This document shows, in pieces, positions 57,601 to 64,000 of a stretch of 64,000 bases of DNA (its first letter is position 1; every line of letters starts with the position of its first letter). Location: the NCBI GenBank assembly GCA_964015875.1, contig CAXHEV010000005.1, positions 1,143 to 65,142 on the forward strand, read 5' to 3'. This DNA is from an uncultured Candidatus Poseidoniales archaeon (lineage in GTDB: Archaea > Thermoplasmatota > Poseidoniia > Poseidoniales > Poseidoniaceae). Both the position numbers and the translations under genes were made by a program. The notes under the pieces are model-generated. The model was not told the DNA's origin, made no database searches, and worked only from the letters and a program-made list of their open reading frames with translations.

Positions 57601-60600
57601 GATGTGAACGGAATGGGCCTTATTGGCGACACCATCATGATCAGCATTGCATCCCAAAACTGGTGGCAAGTCGATGGCTCGGGTGGTATCGCACAATGGA
57701 ACACAAGCAGCAATTCCTGGGAAGATAACATTCTACCGATCGGGCAAGTTGACCGCGTGACTGCTTACGAAGCGACGAGCGGTAATATGTGGGTCTCATG
57801 GGGCGAAAATTCACTCCAGTACATGGCAGCAAACGGCACATTGCTTGGAGAATGGGACGAAGACGACTTCGACTTCCCCATCCGTGAAATCATAGAATAC
57901 GATGGTGAAGTTCTGTTTGCTACCGAAGATGGAGTAGCGCGATTTGACGAGTCCACGGGCACTTGGTCCTCGACTTGGACACCTGGATCTGGCCTGCCGA
58001 ACGACGCAGGAGAGCAAGTGTATGAACTCTGGACCGACGGTACTGACTTGGTCGTCGGCAGCGGTGAACTCAATGGATTTGGTCAGTTCAGAAATGGAGC
58101 GATTTCCCACTGGGATGGCGGAACGTGGAACAACTATGAAACCGGATCGAACGGCGTGCCAAACGGATACCCAATCACCATGACAGAATGTGACGGTGTG
58201 CTTCATATCGGGATTTATGCCAACAACGGTGGTGTAGCACGGTTCGATATGGCCAACGACTCGTTCCTTGGCACCTTCACTCGAAGTGATTGGAGTGAGG
58301 ACTACGGTGAAGTCTCTGGCGTTGCATGCGATGGTGCAGGCACTCTCTATGTGGCATTCTACGAAGACGAAGCAGATGTCAAAAAGTACAGCTATGCCTC
58401 AAACAGTTGGCTTAACCCGATCACGACAACAATTCACAATTTGCCAAGCGACAGGGTCTGGTGGGACGCCATTGATTATTCCAACAGCATGCTTGTGCTC
58501 GGTCATGGAATTGGTACCAGCGGCGACAACATCATCGGCGGAGGTTACAGTGCTGTTGCCACATCTGGTGGCTCGACTGCTCAAGTGAATTTCAACGGCC
58601 AAGGCTCATCTGTGACTTCATTCCAATGGCTTGGAAGTGAATGGCTCATAGGTCAAGCCGGCGGCTCTTCTGGCTACAGCCACGTCGATACCGTAAGTTC
58701 GCTCGGACAAAACACACTGCTTGATTTCCCCGGCCTCGTTAGTGGACAAGTGACGAGTATGGCCGGCAATGGTACTCATCTTTGGGTGGCAACCCAGGGA
58801 GCCAGCCAAGGCTTTGGAAACGGAGGGGGTTCTGCCGGAGCAGGTCTACTTCAAGGAGAACGCCAAGCAGATGGTACAGTTGATTGGCAACAAGGTTGGA
58901 CAATGACTGCAAATTCTGTGGTCAAGGACACAGAACTGATTGGAACTGACCTTTACATTACAACAACGCCAACGGGCTTGTACAAACTCGACACCCTTAC
59001 AGGAATCTTGACGCGCATGACCGGTGGGCTTCACAACAATATGGATGGACTCTTCCTCTATGGAAACGATCTGGTCATCGGTTTGCAAGGAAGCTCTGGA
59101 TCTGCTGCTGGTGTTCAAATCTACACGCCCGGCACAGGGTTTGGAAATGGAAGATTGCTCGGTGGATTGCCTTCAAACAACATCAATGCATTCACTGAGT
59201 CCTCAACCATGCTCTACATCGCAACGAATGGCGGCATCGGCCGTTGGGACTACACCACGAGCGATTGGGCTAACCCACTCACAACCAGTGATGGGTTGCC
59301 AACAAATGTAGTAGAAGACGTGGTCATGGTTGGAACCGATCTGTGGATGGCGACCGCCGCAGGTGTTGTCAAGATGGATACCTTAACCAACGCTACAACC
59401 CTCTACAACAGCGGAAGTGGCCTTATGGCAACTTCAGCACAATCGCTTACAACCGCCATTGAAACCATTCAAAATAACGACGGCACAACATCAACCTCAA
59501 CCACGTTATTCATTGGACACGACGGGGCGGGTTCTGAACGACCTGGCGTCACAAGTATGGACGGCAATGGTGCTGTTGAATGGCACAAGTTTGACCAGTT
59601 GTCTTCGAACACCGTCGACGCACTTGCAGCCGATTGGTGGGGACTTCACATCGCCACAGATATTGGGCCGATGAACCATTACAACGGTCAGTCAAACCAA
59701 TTTGAAGACGGAGTTCCTTCGTTCCAAGTTGCTGGATGGCCGATTCAAAAGATGGTCAGTGATGGCGACCACGTGCTTACGATTGGCGCCAATGGTGCTT
59801 CGATTTTGAGCGCTCGCACACCAACTCACGCCACACTGAAAATGTTCCAAGGCAGCGGAATGACTGGAGGCACAATCACATCAGATGCCATCTGGCTGAC
59901 AACCGAAGACATCGGTCTCTTTGGCTATGAAAACAACGCACAGTACAAGGAAATTGAACGATTTTCATTGCGGAAGGCAAACCCATTGAATGTTGGATTT
60001 AACCTGGCATTCACCGACATCAGCGATATGACTCATCCCGGTATGCCAATCGTTCTTGCCAACGCAACAAACACAGCAACACTTGACCCAACGCTTGGGG
60101 TGGTTGGCACGAATGGAATCATGTTCCAAACTGTTCCACTGGCCTTCACTTCACCCGTTAGCAATGCAGCGACGTGGGCCAAGTCTGTAAGTCTGAAGTA
60201 CAACGCCACAATTGAACTCAACAATAATCCAGATTTTGAAACGACCATGCAGATGGCTGTTGACAATGGAATTATCATCAACGGTACACAATATGTCCAA
60301 TTGACACTCCGCTCGCCGATTAATGGATCCATGCATGTGCGACTCATCTATGACTACGTCAAAACAGAAACGCCCATCACGATGTCAGAACTTATCGATC
60401 GCCCTGATGATGGCGGGGGTGCGTTGATGGCTGAATGGAGTCTTGTTCACGATGATGACTTCGCCCGCTACCTCGTGTATGTTAACGACGGGCCTGTTTG
60501 GGATGCCAACGGCATCACAGCAGATGTTCTTCAAACACGAACCGTCGATAAGGCGATTTCACTCCATAGCCGACTCTCAAGTGAGGTCACGACTGCAAAT

Positions 60601-62970
60601 GGCGTGGACCTCATCGATGGCACGGATTACTACGCTGTGGTTGTTGTCGAATACGACGATGGCCGGCTTGGTACACCATCAGCGGTCCTAGGTCCAGCGT
60701 CACCAAGTGACGAAGTCCCATTGCCGCCTGTGTGGGCTGACGCTGGCCCGCATGAAGGTGGAGAAGATGGTGACCTCGATGTTGAATGGTCGCGCTGCAC
60801 AAGCCTTGATTTGGTACAAACCAACATTTACACTTCAACTCAACCGATGAGCGATGTCCTTGGACTCACGCCGGAAAGTGAAGTCATGAAGATGGAAGGC
60901 AACTCGACCGTGCTCTCACTTTCGCCTGGCCAACCCTACTGGCTTGGACTCACTTGTGTTGATGAAGCGGGACAAGAGGACATTATGAACGCCCTCATCG
61001 TTGGACCATTTGTCCCAACAGGTGGCCTCAATGACAACACTGCTCCACCAAAGATGGAAAACGTAGCAGCAGTTGACACCCCCGATGATGACGGTGGCCG
61101 AATCACCGTCTCGTGGGATGTTAATCCAGCAGAGGACTGTACCTTCTATGCAATCTTCATGCGAACAATTGAATCGACCGGTGCACAACTTAGCGGCTCT
61201 TCTGTAGCTGACGGTAGTGGGTTTAGTCAAGCAAAAATCATCAACGATTGCACTGAGAACTCAACCATTGTAACCAGCATCGACGGCATCGCACTCCAAG
61301 ATGGGCAGATGTATCTTGTTGGCGTTGTTGCGTACGACGATTGGTTGAACGCAAACCTTGACGATGTAGATCTTGTTGAAGTGACACCACTACGAAATCA
61401 AAACGGTCAACCGACTCCTCCTGACCGAACTGAGTTTGTTCAAGCCTTTGATCATCCCAACGATGATGGAACATCCATTGATGTGCTTTGGTCGATTTCG
61501 GACGCTGACGATTTCTCACACTACACCGTCTGGGCCGCAGACCAACCAGTCACCGATTTATCTGCTGCATGGGCATTGTTTGGCAATGACCCTGCACAGT
61601 GTGGTTGTTTGAAGGTCAACAGGCAATGGGTCGATGAATCGTTCGATCCTCTCGAAGTCACCCTCACAACAGCATTGTATGGTGGCGCCGGTGGCATGAT
61701 GGATCTGACTCAAACCACACCCCAACCAATCCAACCAAACGTCGAGTTGTATGTGGTTGTGACAGTTCACGATTTGTCTGGCAATGTGTTCCTGACCGAT
61801 CTTAATCAAGCGACAGTGACGCCTATTGACAACGCTCTTGACACCACAGCACCACCTCGACTTGACGCATTGACGCTCTCGGACAGAGCACTCGATGATG
61901 GAAGTGCTCTGCTTCTTGATTTCGAATTGAGTTCTGCGAGTGATGTAGGGTCATACGAAGTCTATGCTGCAACATGGTCCTTCACCAGTGTTGGAACAGG
62001 CACGCTTGGACCAAGCACCCCAATTGCGGTTCTCGACCGTGCACCCGATTTGCCACTCACCATCGACCTCGTTGCGGGCGATACGCCTGTGATTCCGGGC
62101 CAAGAAATCTGGGCTGTTGTTGTAGTGAAGGACACATCGGGCAATGCCTTCACTTCAGATTTAACAGCAGTCTCCGCTCAATCTGTGGATGATGGATACG
62201 ATGCTTCTGGCTCTTACCTACCCAATGTTGCTGGACTCAGTGCTGTTTGGATTGAAGAGACGAAAATCCTCGTTGAATGGACGCCGGCGAGTGACGACAA
62301 TCTTCGCGGCTACCAAATCTACATCGCCGAGGAAACCTATGACACAATTGACAGCGCGACATTGGTCGGTGAAGTTCAATCCTCGAATTCGTTCCTCATC
62401 ACCTCGAACGGCTTCCCTGATTTGAACAATGACTCGGCATGGTACATTGCCGTGACTCCATTCGATGATTTGGTCAGCAAAGAAAGCGTAAACCCAATCC
62501 AACTTGATGCTTACAAGGCGAACGCAGGCGCTGGGTCTGGAGATGAAGGCGCAAACGAAGGTAATGATTTCTCGTCGTTGCTGACGACACCAAATCTCCT
62601 CGCAGCAGGGCTCTTCATTACAGCCATTTTCTTGTTCATCGCTGTGATTCGAACACGAGGAAATCAACAGAGAAAGGCGAAATCTTGGGAACTTCAAGAG
62701 GCTACGTGGGGTCTTCAAGACGACCAAGCTTGGGATGACTCTCCACCTGCACCTGCTCCACCTCCAACACAGCCGGCGACGCCTGCTGCTGACATGTATG
62801 CACAACCTACAACTTCCCAGGACATCTATGGCCGACCAGCCTACCAACCTCAGCAACCAGTCATGCAGCCCGCACAGAACAACGATCTGCTCAATGAATT
62901 GGGTGTTGGAACAAACCCTCCACAACAAAAGCAAGCCATTGATACATCGTTCCTTGACGATTTGCTCTGA
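54664..62970 (+). CDS. Giant (2768 aa) membrane-anchored surface protein: many two-component-regulator-propeller-like beta-propeller blades, then FN3-like modules, one TM helix, and a Pro/Gln-rich tail.
   Basis: Signal peptide (MKPVFALFSPGSAGKRAVLLVALMLCSSVAPMMMIPGASA). More than 30 repeats of a ~45-aa blade motif (…G[VL]ARYD…W.T.W…). The distal ~900 aa carry the same Y-x-[VI]-[YW] FN3-like signatures as the 27560..30787 protein. TM LLAAGLFITAIFLFIAVI, then a PAPAPPPTQPATPAAD…PQQPVMQPAQ tail. Confidence 0.7.
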   Translation: MKPVFALFSPGSAGKRAVLLVALMLCSSVAPMMMIPGASAHESANDTIWPKSGSNDTGWVQLDATGANPLTGGQATADWTLEFAPGADLSNVSFQVRVDGSDGLMIEEPMLVASDIGINLLDWRGLGTLGAADSFEGTNPHEGRLAPNSDSGATWTLPSDAEITDLVIEALAPVDPAVSFEPIDLAIQTHAIHPYDGRMYIAILDDVLVLDYNNDPPIIDMLEFESDVIDMEIDLTNNLIHMLTEEDGFFAISLIDSSSQKVLPDASDPNYVQFDQFVLASTGDVYAANQDELMLWNGGSWANVADMEGTTLAMVEANGILYASMDDRGVARYNLANGQLLSTWSTANSLHSDEIVEIAISGNQLLFASPDAGLARYDWSSGFWLSTWNDGNWLASNDITGLARSGNSLYILNGDSLHTYNTASNVFSGSQSLDAFGLANSGQGLLTWPNGGERSPSTELILVSDGDGALVELTPGATPLNTGVLLLGSGPTSGQMIDSTELDGVLFVATDDQYLNRFDTQASRWIEPVFIGADIARLSTDGNHVYIAAGNGAHQMHGNGTVLQTWDTSNTDLSGNEVTSVESDGSTVVVLNEFYGEFMAVNLTGSLPVVFESLALSQGTVTDAAIHNEVAYVGTQNDGLLRYDITNDTWLTPWISTGINGANDVPVAVVGDILYFGIPGYGVARKDLGTNEILLPLTEFGTIGVLPSDTIYSLEANGNLLYIGTNNGAIEWDESASSSSSFQLGRQWDERPQQFFDFVVVGSNVYAATNIGVCEFPTSTIDIEECLNVYDGMPNWATYSVGVGVSNTYLFGGTNSGVGIISISPFDVVGEWTAGEQTNNAPVVVVGDVAFIALDGIGIARYDITNNEWLTLWTDDNFLDNGNEDATALSADVNPNYVWIGGSDGFQLLNATTGAEVYDIEKSSSLFAGNGDPLDMILKGDIMYYHDGASSDNLYRFNARNFTALSALDAGSQIGQNNGDVNGMGLIGDTIMISIASQNWWQVDGSGGIAQWNTSSNSWEDNILPIGQVDRVTAYEATSGNMWVSWGENSLQYMAANGTLLGEWDEDDFDFPIREIIEYDGEVLFATEDGVARFDESTGTWSSTWTPGSGLPNDAGEQVYELWTDGTDLVVGSGELNGFGQFRNGAISHWDGGTWNNYETGSNGVPNGYPITMTECDGVLHIGIYANNGGVARFDMANDSFLGTFTRSDWSEDYGEVSGVACDGAGTLYVAFYEDEADVKKYSYASNSWLNPITTTIHNLPSDRVWWDAIDYSNSMLVLGHGIGTSGDNIIGGGYSAVATSGGSTAQVNFNGQGSSVTSFQWLGSEWLIGQAGGSSGYSHVDTVSSLGQNTLLDFPGLVSGQVTSMAGNGTHLWVATQGASQGFGNGGGSAGAGLLQGERQADGTVDWQQGWTMTANSVVKDTELIGTDLYITTTPTGLYKLDTLTGILTRMTGGLHNNMDGLFLYGNDLVIGLQGSSGSAAGVQIYTPGTGFGNGRLLGGLPSNNINAFTESSTMLYIATNGGIGRWDYTTSDWANPLTTSDGLPTNVVEDVVMVGTDLWMATAAGVVKMDTLTNATTLYNSGSGLMATSAQSLTTAIETIQNNDGTTSTSTTLFIGHDGAGSERPGVTSMDGNGAVEWHKFDQLSSNTVDALAADWWGLHIATDIGPMNHYNGQSNQFEDGVPSFQVAGWPIQKMVSDGDHVLTIGANGASILSARTPTHATLKMFQGSGMTGGTITSDAIWLTTEDIGLFGYENNAQYKEIERFSLRKANPLNVGFNLAFTDISDMTHPGMPIVLANATNTATLDPTLGVVGTNGIMFQTVPLAFTSPVSNAATWAKSVSLKYNATIELNNNPDFETTMQMAVDNGIIINGTQYVQLTLRSPINGSMHVRLIYDYVKTETPITMSELIDRPDDGGGALMAEWSLVHDDDFARYLVYVNDGPVWDANGITADVLQTRTVDKAISLHSRLSSEVTTANGVDLIDGTDYYAVVVVEYDDGRLGTPSAVLGPASPSDEVPLPPVWADAGPHEGGEDGDLDVEWSRCTSLDLVQTNIYTSTQPMSDVLGLTPESEVMKMEGNSTVLSLSPGQPYWLGLTCVDEAGQEDIMNALIVGPFVPTGGLNDNTAPPKMENVAAVDTPDDDGGRITVSWDVNPAEDCTFYAIFMRTIESTGAQLSGSSVADGSGFSQAKIINDCTENSTIVTSIDGIALQDGQMYLVGVVAYDDWLNANLDDVDLVEVTPLRNQNGQPTPPDRTEFVQAFDHPNDDGTSIDVLWSISDADDFSHYTVWAADQPVTDLSAAWALFGNDPAQCGCLKVNRQWVDESFDPLEVTLTTALYGGAGGMMDLTQTTPQPIQPNVELYVVVTVHDLSGNVFLTDLNQATVTPIDNALDTTAPPRLDALTLSDRALDDGSALLLDFELSSASDVGSYEVYAATWSFTSVGTGTLGPSTPIAVLDRAPDLPLTIDLVAGDTPVIPGQEIWAVVVVKDTSGNAFTSDLTAVSAQSVDDGYDASGSYLPNVAGLSAVWIEETKILVEWTPASDDNLRGYQIYIAEETYDTIDSATLVGEVQSSNSFLITSNGFPDLNNDSAWYIAVTPFDDLVSKESVNPIQLDAYKANAGAGSGDEGANEGNDFSSLLTTPNLLAAGLFITAIFLFIAVIRTRGNQQRKAKSWELQEATWGLQDDQAWDDSPPAPAPPPTQPATPAADMYAQPTTSQDIYGRPAYQPQQPVMQPAQNNDLLNELGVGTNPPQQKQAIDTSFLDDLL

Positions 62971-62979
62971 GGCCATAGG

Positions 62980-63759
62980 ATGTCAGAAACGGGTGGGCAG
63001 AGTCCTAGGGACTTGGTGTTCACAACCATGGTATGGGATGGCAATGCAAGTGTTGCAGATCTTCAAGCGCACATCGGGCGCATGAAACGTCATGCGCACC
63101 GATTGCGAATTCAGTGGCCTGAGAACATGAATGAGTTGATTGCACGTGCAATGGACAAACTTGGACACAACAACACAGGCCAGCCACACCAACCAAACGG
63201 ACTCTTACGCATGGAGCTCAAACGTAATGGAGAATTGAATATCGAGACCCGGGAATTCTCACTTCGCAATGAGCAGATTGAGGCAATTACCGTCGAAGCA
63301 CCCCGATGGTCCCCTAAGGTCAATGGTACCAAGCATGGTGATTGGCAACCTTATCTCGATGCCATGAATCAAGCAGACCGAGCAGGGACTGACCTTGCCT
63401 TACTTGTCCATGAATACGCAATTGTTGATGGCGATCGTGCTACGCCAATGGTGTTTGATGAGGACAGTACTGTCTGGGTCTGTGATGATGCTGAAGGGGG
63501 AGTGGAGAGCATCACTGCCTCCATCCTAATTCCTCTTTTAGAAGACAGTGGAATACCAGTTCAGAGGGGACGATTGAATGAACGACTTGTGGCTCGAGCG
63601 CTTGAGATGGTCGCTGTTGGAAGTGGGCTTGGTGCATCGCAAATAGAGTCGATTAACGGGGATGCAATCGGAACAAATCATGGTTTTGCTATAAAATGTC
63701 AAACTTTGCTAACCCAACACTATGAAAACAAGAACGCTTGGAGTGATGTGGGGGCCTAA
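62980..63759 (+). CDS. Fold-type IV PLP enzyme-like protein (aminodeoxychorismate lyase / class IV aminotransferase family), tentative.
   Basis: 259 aa. The overall pattern of conserved Glu/Arg and the C-terminal G-x-x-x-E-x-S-x-x-N-like region (…EYAIVDGDRATPM…, …GVESITASIL…) resembles PabC/DAAT-like proteins. No definitive motif. Confidence 0.45.
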   Translation: MSETGGQSPRDLVFTTMVWDGNASVADLQAHIGRMKRHAHRLRIQWPENMNELIARAMDKLGHNNTGQPHQPNGLLRMELKRNGELNIETREFSLRNEQIEAITVEAPRWSPKVNGTKHGDWQPYLDAMNQADRAGTDLALLVHEYAIVDGDRATPMVFDEDSTVWVCDDAEGGVESITASILIPLLEDSGIPVQRGRLNERLVARALEMVAVGSGLGASQIESINGDAIGTNHGFAIKCQTLLTQHYENKNAWSDVGA

Positions 63760-64000
63760 GCATCGATGAACGGATTCTCCCCTTGATGAAACATTTCGAT
63801 AATGTTGGATTACTTGGGGGCAAAGCGATTCGCCACGGTGGACCTGACCAAATGGTCATGATTTCAGGTGGACCTGCTTCACACCTCTCAAGGTATTCGA
63901 TTCTATGTGGTCCCTCAAAGCGGAGGCTGGTCGTTCGTCAACCAGACATCCCTCATGCTCCATCCCATCAACCAAGTAAAGGTGAAATTCAGCTTACTCA

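Noticed and set aside
62218-62976. 252-aa minus-strand ORF inside the giant surface-protein gene
   Set aside because: Antisense to the 3' end of the 54664..62970 gene. Cys/Arg-rich nonsense-like translation. Spurious.

Overview
This 64 kb window looks like a chromosomal segment of a moderate-GC (~50%) euryarchaeon, possibly Thermoplasmatota / Marine-Group-II-like; that placement is a low-confidence guess. The archaeal assignment rests on RadA with an N-terminal HhH domain, Pus10, the conserved rpl21e-rpoF-DUF655-ksgA cluster, FtsZ, an archaeal-type PGK, an A1:U72 initiator tRNA, and a CDP-alcohol phosphatidyltransferase. The window is gene-dense: about 58 protein genes, 2 tRNAs, and no rRNA, CRISPR array, transposase or integrase. 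Housekeeping genes (RadA, FtsZ, PGK, ICDH, NADP-malic enzyme, KsgA, L21e, RpoF, RlmH, NrnA-like DHH, Nudix, PduO-type adenosyltransferase) are interleaved with clearly bacterial-like acquisitions and a striking set of very large membrane-anchored surface proteins. The bacterial-like genes include KatG (about two-thirds identity to E. coli KatG by eye), peroxiredoxin, XseA/XseB, Grx2-like GST and an RND/MMPL exporter. Three surface proteins stand out: a 2768-aa beta-propeller/FN3-like giant, a 1075-aa protein with an acidic-then-basic cytoplasmic tail, and a thrombospondin-type-3-repeat protein fused to an FSH1-like serine hydrolase. The most unusual candidate loci are four. The first is a tightly coupled six-gene operon of an HhH/zinc-ribbon protein, a 2Fe-2S ferredoxin, a tiny TM protein, XseA, XseB and a DUF59 protein, directly downstream of the ribosome/RNAP cluster. 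The second is a solitary 1100-aa helical-repeat protein ending in a PIN-like nuclease domain. The third is a 265-aa protein with two histone-fold-like halves, next to an orphan beta-class DNA methyltransferase. The fourth is a Pus10 carrying an embedded SAP-like motif with a basic patch. All calls are from reading the sequence and ORF translations; no database searches were run. The six-frame track treats GTG/TTG as Met, so several true starts are internal ATGs. Between roughly 10200 and 11030 my manual position counting in the printed sequence is off by one relative to the ORF track, so track coordinates are used there.
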